This document shows, in pieces, positions 11,406 to 23,332 of a stretch of 64,000 nucleotides of DNA. The position numbers and the translations under genes are program-made. Location of the stretch: the NCBI GenBank assembly GCA_964252035.1, contig OZ176206.1. One strand, written 5' to 3'. Each line of letters starts with the position of its first letter. The stretch's first letter is position 1. This DNA is from Podarcis erhardii. Its lineage: Eukaryota. The notes under the pieces are model-generated. The model worked only from the letters and a program-made list of their open reading frames with translations, was not told where the DNA came from and searched no databases.

Positions 11406-11646
11406 CAGTGGTACCTCGAGTTACAAAGGCCTCAGGTTACAAACGCTTCAGGTTACAAACTCCACTAACCTGGAAGAGTTACCTCAAGTTGAGAACTTTG
11501 CCCCAGGATGAGAACAGAAATCGTGTGCCGGCGGAGCAGTGGCAGCAAGAGGCCCCATTAGCGAAAGCACGCCTCTAGTTAAGAAGAGTTTCAGGTTAAG
11601 AACAGACCTCCGGAACGAATTAAGTTCATAACTAGAGGTACCACTG
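11406..11646. mobile_element. Second Tc1/mariner (Tigger-like) MITE inside L1
   Basis: TIRs CAGTGGTACCTC / GAGGTACCACTG; TA TSD at 11404-11405 and 11647-11648; internally related to 11023-11264. Confidence 0.88.
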
Positions 11647-12684
11647 TACTACAACGGCTGCCCAGATACTGCTAGCCCAGAGATGGAAGGAAGAGACAAC
11701 CCAGACAAAAGAAAAATGGCAGACCAAGTTGACGGACTATGCCAAAATGGCAAAATTAACTGGGAAGCTTAGGAACCAAGAAGACAAGAAATTTATAAAA
11801 GAATGGGAAATGTTTATAATGCATATACAAAATGATTGTAAACAGTTTAAAACATTAGCAGGATTTTAAATACACTTATAATGTAATAGAAACTATAGAT
11901 AACTTAGGAAGATGAAAATTTTGGAGGGTACTGATATGCAGATGAAAACAGAATTAAGAGGACTTCCGGGTTGGCGCCATCAATTAATGGCGGATTCCCT
12001 CCGAGCATAGTGACTCGGCGGGCACCATTTGCGCCCCCCCAAACTGCGAAGGAGCCTTTTTAAAGGCTCCGGAACGGGGACGGGGTGCGGCGCGGTGCTG
12101 AGAGTACTCCTTCTGCGGAGTGAAGCCGCAAGCCATTATCGGAGAGGGCTGACTTTTTCCTTGGAACAATCGGACTTTAAAACATCAACCTGTGAATAAT
12201 GCGGAAATTCGAACTTTAAAGAAAAATTTTGGATCAGGAACGAGCGGGAAAGGGTTAAAAAGGAAGTCCACCCCCCCCCCTTTGTAAACAATTTAAAGCA
12301 AAGGACCTGTTAGCTAAGGTCGAGAGAATTTTCTATTTCTTTTTAGTAAAAGATTTTAACTTCACGGTTTTGACATTACAAGAATTTTTACTGGAGGATA
12401 AAAGATCAATTTTGGGAGCTGAAGTTTCACCCCCCCCCCCCGGACCCGGGAGCGTCCCGCGAGAGAGCCTGTTGATGAAATACTGAAGAGTTTGACAGCT
12501 GTCAAGTTAGCTGTCAAGACGGGAAAAGAGAACCTTGTTTTTGTTGCTTCTGCTGGTTACATTGATTATAATCTGTTGAAAATAAGGAAGGGCTGATACA
12601 AAATAACCTGACTTTTGGACTTGAGCTGAAAGAAATATTAAGGAACTAAAATCCCCTTAGAGGGGGTTTAGTGACATTACAGGA

Positions 12685-13026
12685 ATGGCTGGAGGAGGGA
12701 AAATCCAAGCTGAATTAAACATAACATTTGTTCTCTTGGGAAAGTTACAAGATCAAATCGATGTTTTGGCTATAAACGTTACAACTCTGGACTTGATAGT
12801 AAATAACATTGTTGAATCTGATAAGGATTTGAAACAGGAAGCCTATTCAACTGAACAAATAGAGAAAATTGAGAGCTTTGACAATATTGAGAGCTTTGAC
12901 AATATGGAGCAGGAGACATATGTTGCTCCTGAAGAAAAGAAAGGAGGAGCTGAAATTTTACAGATGCTAAAGGAGAGTTGCAATTTGAAGCCTGACATGA
13001 TGACAAAAAAGGAAAATAAAATCTGA
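12685..13026 (+). CDS. ORF-A of the HAL1-like element (113 aa, heptad/coiled-coil-like N-terminus)
   Basis: ATG-initiated ORF after a ~720-nt UTR; regular hydrophobic spacing LNITFVLLGKLQDQIDVLAINVTTLDLIV; in-frame 18-bp duplication (IESFDN x2). Confidence 0.45.
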   Translation: MAGGGKIQAELNITFVLLGKLQDQIDVLAINVTTLDLIVNNIVESDKDLKQEAYSTEQIEKIESFDNIESFDNMEQETYVAPEEKKGGAEILQMLKESCNLKPDMMTKKENKI

Positions 13027-13349
13027 TGTGGAAAACCTGGCCTGAATTGGAGAGTGGAGCACTGAGAGATCTCCTTATGTGGAGATCTGAAGACCGAAGG
13101 ATTATAAATTTGATTAAGGTGGAAGGTGGAGCTTGGGGGTCATCTGGACTTGAAAGGAGTACAAAACAAGATCTGAAGTACCCCATAGGCTTTACTATTA
13201 AATATGGAGGTCTGGCTGGTAGAAACATGGATCCTGTTGGGCCAGAGCCTCTTCGAGACTTGGAGTTTAACATCAAGGACTATCAAAAACACCGGCAGAG
13301 AGGAACTGAGAGAGAATTGAGAGCCTCGGACGTGAGATCTCCAGGCTAA
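13026..13349 (+). CDS. ORF-B of the HAL1-like element (107 aa; weak resemblance to the L1 ORF1p C-terminal domain)
   Basis: ATG overlaps the ORF-A stop (TGATG at 13024-13028); LKYPIGFTIKYGG recalls the YP..L.F..G motif of the ORF1p CTD. Confidence 0.4.
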   Translation: MWKTWPELESGALRDLLMWRSEDRRIINLIKVEGGAWGSSGLERSTKQDLKYPIGFTIKYGGLAGRNMDPVGPEPLRDLEFNIKDYQKHRQRGTERELRASDVRSPG

Positions 13350-14377
13350 ACAGTATATTGAGACTGATGGATTTTTGTTGGGGACTGAAACCGGGAAAAG
13401 GGTGGGTGGAGTTTGGGAATCCAAAGGGTATATAAATATAGTTTGTTTTGTTCTTAATTTGCTTTGTTATTGGTATGGAAATTGGGAAAGTCGTGGAAGG
13501 GAAATTTTGGTCGACTTTAGGAAAAATGTTTAAGGAAAAATAATGAGGTATAAATATTGATGTGTAAATTTGGACAGGTTAAAATTGGTTTTTAAAACGG
13601 TTTAAACTAATTGAAAATAAGGTTTGTAAACATAAATTGAGGAAATGGAAGAAAGAAAGAAAAAGTAAAATAATAACAGGTTAGAATAAATTATTAAGTC
13701 AAAATGGAGAAATAAGTTAAGGACTTGCTGAGCTAATAACTTAAATTGGAATACAAGAAGGGGAGGTGTGAGGAGGTCTGAGAAACAAGTTAAAAGAAAA
13801 TAAGTATTTGAATTTTTATGTGTTTTTAATTGTTTTTAAGTTTTGGTTTTTTGTATTTTTGTTATTTTTTGTTTAATTTTTGTTTTTGATTTTATATGTA
13901 TTTTGAAAACGCCAATAAATATTTATTTTTTAAAAAAAGAAAACAGAAAACAGAATTAAGAGGACCCACAGATGGGACGGGGGAAGTCAGGAGATTCAGA
14001 GTAATCTCAATACGTGAATGTGTAACACATTTTGATGTAATTTTGCCACCTTTCTTCTTTGTTTTTTTCTCTTTCTCTTTTTTTTGAAAATCAAATAAAA
14101 AAATTATAATAAAAGATACACACACATGGGAAATACTGCATTTTTCCATACAAGTTTGCCAGGAGAGGCTTGTCTTTTTGCCCCACCGATATCTGAAGCA
14201 CATCTAGTGGAACTCAAGGGAGGGTCTTCTTGGTGGCTGCCTCCAGGCTCTGGAACTCCTTGCCAAGGGAACCTGGCTAGTCCCATTTCCAATGACCTTT
14301 TGCTAGCAACCAAATGATTTTTTATTTAGACCAGCCTTTGGCCTGTAAGCTGACTTGAAAATATTTTGCATTTTGTT

Positions 14378-14785
14378 TAAGGATGGGAGAGAATGCAAAC
14401 CTATCTAATTCATACTTCCTGAAACAATATGTGAATGGAAACACAGCTATCCTTTGAAATTCGCACTTCTCTGAATTTTGTGGTGCACTTCTCCAACCAA
14501 AACAGGAACACAAATGTGTGAACTGGGGGGAAATGTGCATAAAAATGCATATATTAGTGAAAATAACATACAGAAATGCATTATATTACGGGAAATAATT
14601 TGCAAAAATGCAAACATCAGGCAAAATTACATTAAAAATGTATTTATTAGGAGACACGGGCACTAAAATATTGGTGAATGGTTAGGTCTTTTACTTATTT
14701 ATTTAAAGCAAATTTATGTGGGAGAACTGAAAAGGGGGGGGGGGAGGATGAGAAGCAGAAAATGACAGATTTATCCACCCCCAAC
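14378..14785. mobile_element. AT-rich non-autonomous DNA element (hAT-Ac-like termini)
   Basis: TAAGGATGGGAGAGAA start, repetitive AAAATGCATATATTAG interior, CCACCCCC end. Confidence 0.45.
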
Positions 14786-16448
14786 TTGCTTTGAAATGGT
14801 TACTTTCATTGATGCTTAAGCTGCCTTGTTTTTATTTTATTAATTTTGCATTTGATTGCTGTATAATTAATAGATTGTATCGGGTTTGTATTGTTGTTTT
14901 AGCCAACTTGTGGAGCATATGGTGGGAAAAGGGGGTGCAAATTGAACAAATAAAGAAAAAAAACCAAGAACTGGGATGTGTCAAACAGGGTGCTAATGCG
15001 TTGTCTCTCTTCAAGCATCAGGCCCTGGAAGAAGAAGGCTTGATCTGGGCATTCCTCCTGATTGGCTCAAGGCAGGGGAGGGTTTTATTATCTGGTCTGA
15101 GCATCTGTCCTGGGGCAGTTACACAACAATGTCCTGCATTGGTCCTCATTTGCTTGTTTACAGACCTTCCCCTTGATCATTCCTTCACCCTGCCTATTTT
15201 TTGCAGCAAAAGGTCTGTTGTTGCTTTTTTAAAAGTGGAATGTTGCACCAGAGCTACAGAACTGCCCTGAGACCTCTGGGTATAGGGCGGTATATAAATT
15301 CAATAAATAATAATAACCCTTTAATCTGCTTTAACTGAGCATTATCCGCTTGGATCCCTCTTGCAAAATACTGGAGGCACCCCAAGTGTGGGGGGAGAGA
15401 ACCAGCCCCAACACAACCATATCCTTTTTCCCATGGTCGGTTGCCAACGTTTTTACCGGCCCTGCTCCTCTGCCTCCAATAGTAGCCTGAGACGCAGAAA
15501 AGAAACAAGTGGTATCTTTTGCTGCTACTTCTCCCCATGCCAGGAACAGTTCCTCTTGCTAAACGTTTATCCACCAAGTGGCTGTTAAAGGCTTGAAAGC
15601 AGGGAGGACAAGCCCCCTCCCACCTGCATTCCTTCCCAGGAATTATTCCAAAGATATAGGGGAGGGAGGACTATCACTGGAGAGAGCGTCACAATGGAAC
15701 CAGCCCCTGGTGTCTCTTAGCACTCCTCCTCCTCCTCTCCTTGGGAGTATGGCAAGTAGCAAGAGGTATCCTGGAGCCAGAAGTCAGAAGGGAATCTTGT
15801 ACAGATAACCTCCAGGGTCAAGCTGCAGAGCTGAGAGAGGACCCTCCAGGAGGAAGGGAAGGGTGTCGGTGGGGGTGGGAGAGAGGAGACCCTGCCACGA
15901 TCTGACCTGGTTTTTCCTAGAAGCCTCTTTCCTGATAGGTTGCAGCATCAGTTGCACACGGATGAATCTTTTTTTGCAGGGCTCTGCTAAGCACAGCTAT
16001 GACCATATATGGGATAGTTGAGGATTGGCTCACAGCAGCAGCAACAGCGGCGGCGGCATCTGAGGTAGAGAGAGGAGGGGGTCCCCAGTGGGCAGTTTTC
16101 TGTGTCACTGTGCAGCTTCCTTTATACGCACAGTCAGCTCCTTCCAAGCAGAAGGCAATGCCTTCCCCTTAGTAGTATTGTATCCCCAAGGGGGGCAGGG
16201 CAGGGACCCCTTGGATTGCTTCTTGCTGCGTGCGCTCATGGAGAAAAGCTGCCTCAGAAAACTTCTGTCCGTTTCCGAGTACAGGGAACTGAGGGAATCA
16301 GAAAGGGTACAGAACAAGCAGGAGCTAGCATTTAGAGGGTGCTTCTAGAATGCTTAAAACACTTCACATACTTAACCACAGTTGCAGGGGGTTAGACTAG
16401 AATACTCATGGGGTCTTCCCAACTCTACAGTTCTGACAAGCCTTCAGA

Positions 16449-16802
16449 GGTAAAGGTAAAGGGACCCCTGACCATTAGGTCCAGTCATGACCGACTCTGG
16501 ATTTGCGGCGCTCATCTCGCTTTATTGGCCGAGGGAGCCGGCGTACAGCTTCCGGGTCATGTGGCCAGCATGACTAAGCCACTTCTGGCGAACCAGAGCA
16601 GCGCATGGAAATGCCATTTACCTTCCCGCCGGAGCGGTACCTATTTATCTACTTGCACTTTGACGTGCTTTCGAACTGCTAGGTTGGCAGGAGCAGGGAT
16701 CAAGCAACGGGAGCTCACCCCATCACGGGGATTCGAACCGCCGACCTTCTGATCGGCAAGTCCTAGGCTCTGTGGTTTAACCCACAGCACCACCCACATC
16801 CC
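16449..16802 (-). mobile_element. Sauria SINE, full length
   Basis: tRNA-like head, conserved core, (ACCTTT)n tail; 11-bp TSD ACAAGCCTTCA at 16436-16446 and 16804-16814. Confidence 0.9.
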
Positions 16803-17039
16803 AACAAGCCTTCAAAACAGGCTTATATCCTTATCTTAAGAGGCTGAATATGAAAGGTCTTAGCCTACCTATGGCCACCTTGTGGGTTTGCAGGTGGGAG
16901 GGTGAGATTTGATTGGGGAGCCTTCCTAATTCACCAGCCGCAAGGCTATCAACAGCTACTAGCCGCAATGGCTCTGTTCTACCTCCACTGTAGAGGCATT
17001 ATGCTTCTGAATATTAGTTGCTGAGAACAGCGGGTGGGC

Positions 17040-17152
17040 AGGGTCCAGCTTGCAGGCTTCCCACAGACATTGAGTGGGCTGCTGCAAAAATAGGCTGCTG
17101 GACTGGGTGGGCCATCGGCCTGGTCCTGCTACAGGCTCACCTTATGTTCTTA
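17040..17152 (+). mobile_element. CR1 LINE 3' end; other CR1 pieces near 16380-16435, 19580-19692, 20450-20520, 21955-22010, 57860-58020
   Basis: CTGGACT..GTGGGCCAT..GGCCTG..TCC...CTTATGTTCTTAT terminus. Confidence 0.65.
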
Positions 17153-18482
17153 TAGTAATGCTCATGTACTAGCGGTCTTTCCAGTTCAGTGCAAATATCA
17201 CAACACATTAATGGAGAGTGGTTAACCTGGAGAGAAGCTTTCATAGCCCATAGCATGCAGTTCATCCTCCTAGAAACTGAAATTGCTCCCCCTCCATAAT
17301 ATCACATTCCACATGGCTCCTAGTCTGACGTGTACAGCTGAAAGTAAGGGGGCACCCGCAGTGTGGGCATCAGGAAAAGGGAGTGTACTAGGCAGGCAAG
17401 GCAGAACTTGGTGGTCTCCCAAAGTCACCCCTTTCTGCCTTGTGGACAGGGAGCGGGCTCAGGCAAGTGAAAGCCCAGCGGCATTCATCCTTTGGAGACT
17501 GAAAACAGGGAGGAGTAACACGTTTGTTCACTGAAGTGAGACAGGACCAGGAAGCCTCTCTCAACCTGGTGCCCTCCAGATGTTTTGGACTGGGATTCCC
17601 ATCTGCCACAGTCATCATCAGCCCCAACGTCATTCAGTCTGTGGGGTAATGGGAGCTGTAGCCCAAAGCATCTGAAAGGCACCGGGTTGAGGAAGGCTGG
17701 CTTAGGACCACGTTGCCCATCATGTTGGCCTCCATCTCCTTCAATGTCCTCTGCACAGGAGCATAATCTCTTATGCCTTATCCCCTCTTGAAAATCCCGA
17801 CACTGAACACCCTCCCAATTTTTTGTTTGTTTGTTTCACTGCTGAGATGCATCCTGAGCTTAGGATGTCCCTAGAAATGCAGCCCTTTGCACCTCACATC
17901 GATAATTACAGCACAGGCAACAATTTGCATTTTGTCTTTAAACACCCCAGTGGGACCAAGCAGTGATGAATTTCAGGGTGGAGAGAGAAAAGAAGATGTC
18001 TGCCCATGATTGGCTGTCTCCATGGAGATACAGGACTGACCGAGCCACCAGTAGAGATGCTGAGCAAGGCACAGAGGAAGATGGCCAGACACACCCTGCC
18101 TGCCTTCCTGCCTGCCTGCCTGCCTGCCTGGTGCCTTTCCAAGGGGGCAGATGCATTTTGCCAGGATGCATCAGGGCATCCAAGTAAGGGGGTCTGTGAC
18201 AGGTGTGGCAAAGGGGAAAGTTGCCTTTCTCAGTTCAGGTGGGTTGGATGCTGCAGCCTGCAAGAAAGTGTGTGAGAAGCATCCTGAGGACAGGCGTGCT
18301 CTGACTATGGCCAGAAGCAATACAAGTAGCAGTTTGAGGGCAACAGTATCTGGATTTAAACAGTGCGTGCCAGAGAGGTGCCCGAGGGTATCAATGACTG
18401 CTTCCTGATGGCCACTATTTTGCAAGAGGAATTCAAGCATATATCAGATTTAGGTTTGCACAATTAAAGAGGATCAAAGCAT

Positions 18483-18520
18483 TTCATTCATTCATTCATT
18501 CATTCATTCATTCATTCATT
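18483..18520. repeat. (TTCA)n microsatellite (probable L2 tail)
   Basis: Direct reading. Confidence 0.9.
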
Positions 18521-20539
18521 TCATAAAGTTTATACACCGCCTGATAGTAAAAAAACAACACTTCAGAGCAGTTTACAAAAAGATAAAATAATAATAGCGA
18601 GAAAAATTCACAACCCTACGTTAAAGCATGCAAAAGTTAAAATACTAAAGCAGATTAAAATTACTTCAACTTCCTAAGCATCTGGGTTGTCTAAACAAGA
18701 GTTTTTAGCAGGCACCAAAAAGAGTACAGCCTGCTAATCTCAGTAGGCAGGGAGTTCCAGTTTAATATAGACAATAGGCAGCAAATCCCAAAAAACACCA
18801 CACACAACCTAGACCTTTTGCGGGGTGGAATGTGACAGGAAAATGCACTGAAACATGTGGCATGAACAAATGCTCACCAAAGGTCAGACATAGCCTAACC
18901 TCTGTGTAAGCTTTGCGCAAGCAGATCAGGATGGATGCTCTGTAAATAGTTACCTGGAGGAGCCTGATGCTTGTGGCCATGCTGCAAAAGGAAGGATGCT
19001 CACCTGCAGAAAGGCTGCAGTAGTGCATCTCCTAGGAGTGGCAGAGTGGACTGGGTCACCCTACCTGGGGAAAGGTAGTTTCCTTTCTCCACAGGGTTTT
19101 CTGTGGATGGCCATTTGCCCCAATTCAGTGGTAAAATGTGGGTTTTCCTGAGAGAAGCACCAGGACAACAACAAGAAAACCTACTCAGGCATGGAACTTT
19201 AAAGTGCAGACCTGTGCAGAGAAAGCGCTACACAAAAGGACGTCTGGATGAGCCCTGAGTGATGTGGAGAAAGCCCACTTCACTTCTGCAGTTGTGCCAC
19301 AAGCTCTGGGACTCAGCCCTGTTTGCAAATAAGGTCTCTGTTCCAGGTCTACCCAAAAGGGTCCTTCACTACACCCTACTCTGCATCAATCGCCATTCAA
19401 TATTTTTCAGATAGAATCCAGACCAAGGGCCAGGTGGCTTGATATGCCCAGTTGCAGAGTTTGCTATATATGTACCTACTAGCCACAGTGCCTGGATTCT
19501 ACCTCCACTGTCAGAGGTAGCACGTCTCTCTGAATACCAGTTGCTGGGAATCAGAGGAGGGGAGAGCGCTGCCACCATCAAGTCCTGCTTGTGGGTTTCC
19601 CACAGGCATCTGGTTGGCCACTGTGAGAACAGGATGCTGGACTAGATGGGCCTTTTGTCTGATCTGGCAGGGCTCTTCTTACGTTCTTATATCTAACCAA
19701 ATAATTAAAATCAGCACTGGAGCTTCAGCGAGGGAATTCAAGTCCTAGATATCTGCTTTCTCGGCCTGTCAGAGGTATGCCATCTTGCCTCTTCCTCAGA
19801 ATCTGCAATCTTGGATCCACTCCACTGGCCCTACATCCTACAGTCAGACCCTGTAAGGCTTAGCCCATGTTTCTTTCCATCTTACCCAGAGAAACTAATT
19901 ATTCCTCGCTGTGGGGCAACTCATGCGTTCTGCATCGCCAGCTACGTTCAAAGGAGGAGAGAGTAGTAGTGGCTGCTTGTCAGTGCTGATCAGCATCACC
20001 TGGGTTGCCACTTGCCTAAGATGAGAGATCTGGTTCAGGAGGCTAATGCATTCATGTCAGGCCCGGAGAAGCAGAAACAGCCCCCTCCCCACCACGTTCC
20101 CTCCTCGACCATCGTGCTTTGGGAATGGGGCCAAGACACTTCCCTTTCCCTCTCTGGGCGACAGCAGGCAGCTTTTGTGCCCCAGATTTCCGTGCCGCTC
20201 CCTCCTCGTGGCATTTGCAACCCAAATGGATGAGCCAGCAAAACTCCAGCCTCTGCAGATCACCCAGCCTCCTCCTGCTGCTGCCTTCATTCCAAGCGGA
20301 TGCCCACCACAAGCTGAGCATCCCTAACCGCCTTCAGAGACAGCTGTTGTCATCATCACCAGGGTGTGTCCAGAGGGCTGTTGCTCTAGACTGCACAGCT
20401 GGAAGCCTGGTGGGAGGGAATGCATGCAAGCAATTTAGATATAGGAGAAAAATGTGGGAGAAGAAAGTAATCTTCTTTCCTCACTTGCATTAAACCAGAC
20501 GTCAGGATCACCCACTGACACTTCACCACCACCAGGTTC

Positions 20540-20814
20540 ACTGGGCCGGACCTACCATTAAGCAGAGTAATATGGCTGCCTCAGGCGGCAGATGCTGCGG
20601 GGCAGCAGTGCCCAGGAGATGCTGAGGTGTGCCTTGCCTACATTACCTTAAATTAACCTTCTTTTCACCCACCTCCTGCTGTGGTGGATGATGTCCCATC
20701 AACAGTGTTGAAATAAGAGCTAACTGGCAATCCAGTCAGTTTCTGTACCTAGATGGGGAGGGAGAATAATCTTGTCTTTTGCTTCAGGCAGCAAAAAGTT
20801 TGTGACTGGCTCTG
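20540..20814. mobile_element. Degenerate hAT-type MITE (GGGCCGG/GCCTCAGGCGGCA family)
   Basis: GGGCCGGACCTACCATT...GCTGCCTCAGGCGGCAG and terminal TTTGCTTCAGGCAGCAAAA..GACTGGCTCTG. Confidence 0.5.
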
Positions 20815-22749
20815 AAGGTTCTAGTCAGGAAACAGAAAATATGGAATTTGCTGCCACAGAATGAAGGAATGTTAACAAAGACGTCTTGCAACAGCCTTTA
20901 CCTAACCTCCAGGTGCTTTGGAGTACAGCTCTCATCAGTCCCAGTCGGCGTGGTTTATGGGAGTTGCAGTCCAAAACACCTGGAAGGCACCAGGTTGTGC
21001 ATGGCAATCTGTGGCCTCTGCCACTACAGATGAGACAAGGTCAAGGATCTTTGACATTGTCTGTTCAATTGTTCAGTGACACAAGGGAGTGGGGGGGGGA
21101 GGAATCACGTGGATCTGTTTAAAAATTGTGCCAACAAAAATTTTTCTTTTTGACAAGGAATTCAGAGCTCGTGAATTCCTAATGGTGCTACCCGTGGCAG
21201 GTGGCAGTGGCATGTGAAGACACTTCTGGACAAGTTTTAATATGTTTAATAGTTACTTTCTGAAGATGTGAATATGTTGGAATTCTTAATCCAGGCCTAT
21301 CATTGGCTGAGATGGATCTCATAATTATGCCTTTTGTTGGGTCACCTGCAAGGTTTTAATTAAGTTGCTTTTTATTGACTTGTGCTTGATTTTGCTTCAT
21401 TTCTCACCTCATTTGCTACCTCATGTCCATCTGCACAGGCTCTGGTGGTTTTAAGAAGGGAATTAGACAAACTCATGAAAAATATAAGCTCTGAGACTTA
21501 AATGGACCCTCTTTGGTGAGAAGCAACTGAGCTGCAGCCCTTCCCAAAAATATAAGTAATGAATGAGACATAGGGCTCATCCAGACTTCCTTTTGTGCCA
21601 CACTTTCCAGGCACAGGTCCACACTCTGGGTCTGAGCATTTTTATTATTTTGACCTGGTGCTTTCCCTGGGAAAATCTGCTCTTTAGTGCTGAATAGGAG
21701 AAAATGACAATCTACAGAAGACTGGATTCAGCAGTAAAACATGGGTTTTACTTGGGGAAAGCACTGGGACAAAAAACAAAACGTTTGGACATGGAGCTTT
21801 AAATCCCAGAGCTGTGCCTAGAAAAACTCAACAACTTGGGCTGCCCCACCCCCAACAAAAATCCTGGCTACACCCCGAGTGAAACACTGACAACAGGCCA
21901 CAGATCTCCCTTTAACCAAGATTCTGATTTGGGGTTGTTATGCGTACAGCTCCTGTCTGGGACAGGAGGGACAGGCTGGATGACCTCTTGGGTGCCTTCC
22001 AATTCTCCATATCCTGAACCCAGGCTTCCCTTGCCTGGCTCTTGAGACTGAGAGAGCGAGAGAGGAAAAGAGGGCCTGGCGCAGCAAGGCAAGGGTTAAT
22101 CTGCCCTGGCTTCCTTGCACTGCAGACGTCACAGATGTTTTAGAAGGAGGGGAGGGGGCCGAGTAGTGGTCTATGGTGGTCTTTGTGATGCATTTTATAC
22201 TGATAGCAGCAGCTGCACCAGCAAAGCTCCCTTCGTTGGATTGACACACACAGGGAGGGCAGCGCTCCTTCTGCAATCTCTCTCTCTGCAAAGGGGCTAC
22301 TCTTCCCAGGCACAAGCAAGGATCTGCAGAAGATTGGGAGAAATATTATTGCATCCTCCCCAGCGTGTCTTTCTGAGATCTCTGGCTTTGCCTTGTCGTC
22401 CTCGGCAGAAAGGTGGGTGTCTCTTCCATTGGCAAGTGGGGAGGAGGAGGGGTGCGAGGACGGAATCAGACGAACTGAAATAGAGATTAATTATTTTTTT
22501 TGCAAGAACAAAAGATGCATATGAGCACCTGGTATTTCCAGAGCAGTCCAAAACAGGATTTCTCATGAATCTTCCTGGCTGGCGGCAGGGGCACCCTTTC
22601 TACACAGTGACAGGGAGGGTGGGGGGAAGAACTGCTGAGTTGGGTGGGGGTCAGGGTCTCCCCAGTAGATTTTCTGAGCTCTCTTTATGCAGGTCGCCAC
22701 CTGCTCGCCACCTGCACTGGCTTTCTATGTTGAAAACCTGGGCACCATC

Positions 22750-23332
22750 TCGCTCTAGGGTTGCACAGCCTCAGCGCTCTGTTCCCGACCCACACCCTGT
22801 TTACTGTTGCCGTCGGGCGCTGAGCAAAGGCGCTCTGGTCCCCTTCCGTGTCCCATGTGCAGGCAGGGACGGCGCTGGGGTAGCCGCTGCCTTTGGAAGC
22901 AAGAGCACGCTCCCCATTTTGTGCCGCGCAAGGCCAGGGTCTCGGTCTCTCTCTGATCTGTGAAATGGGTGGAGCGCAGGGAGATGTGCTGTGCCTGTGC
23001 CCCTCTCCTGCAAGGCGGCACTCATCGCTGCTTCATCCTTAGCCCCCTGCGGAATTTTCTTTCCCCCCTCCCTGCCTGCAGTCGCAGGAAATGAGATGCC
23101 AGCGGCAGCGGTAGCGGTAGCGGTAGCACATGGCTCTCTCTGCCTCTTCTGGGGGGGGCGGGTTAAAAAATAGCTGGGTCTGCTCAGTGAGATTCTTTTG
23201 TGTGTGTTGGCCAAGGAAGGGTATAGCTCCTGGAGCTGGAGCGCAATGGGCTTTTGTCCAGAAGTTCTGCCCATAAATCGGTACCCAGGTGGTCCAAGGT
23301 GCTGGTTACCTTGCAAGTGATGCTGCTGACCG
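22750..23332 (+). promoter_or_regulatory. Putative distal promoter and first exon of the CYRI-like gene
   Basis: Local CpG enrichment, GC box GGGGCGGG (23155-23162) next to TTAAAAAA (23163-23170), (AGCGGY)4 repeat at 23101, consensus donor CG|GTGAGT at 23333. Confidence 0.45.

Larger units (their letters stand above)
11960..13945 (+). mobile_element. Full-length non-autonomous L1-derived (HAL1-like) element, no RT/EN
   Basis: TSD GAAAACAGAATTAAGA(GGAC) at 11944-11963 and 13946-13965; 5' end GGACTTCCGG with CpG-rich UTR; two short ORFs; T-rich 3' UTR, AATAAA and A tail. Confidence 0.75.
10120..14110 (+). mobile_element. 5'-truncated L1-clade LINE (ORF2 C-terminus plus 3' UTR), interrupted by three insertions
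   Basis: FKEWQKYISRFIWQGKKPRIK...GGFALLDLRLYYEA; CCHC knuckle [18 protein letters not shown] near 10963-11017; frame resumes across the MITEs and ends ...FKTLAGF* near 11870; T-rich 3' UTR with AATAAA and A-rich tail near 14095-14110. Confidence 0.88.

Noticed and set aside
18151-18408. ORF containing VAFLSSGGLD, resembling a PP-loop SGGxDS motif
   Set aside because: Motif incomplete and the surrounding sequence lacks any ATPase or tRNA-modification features.
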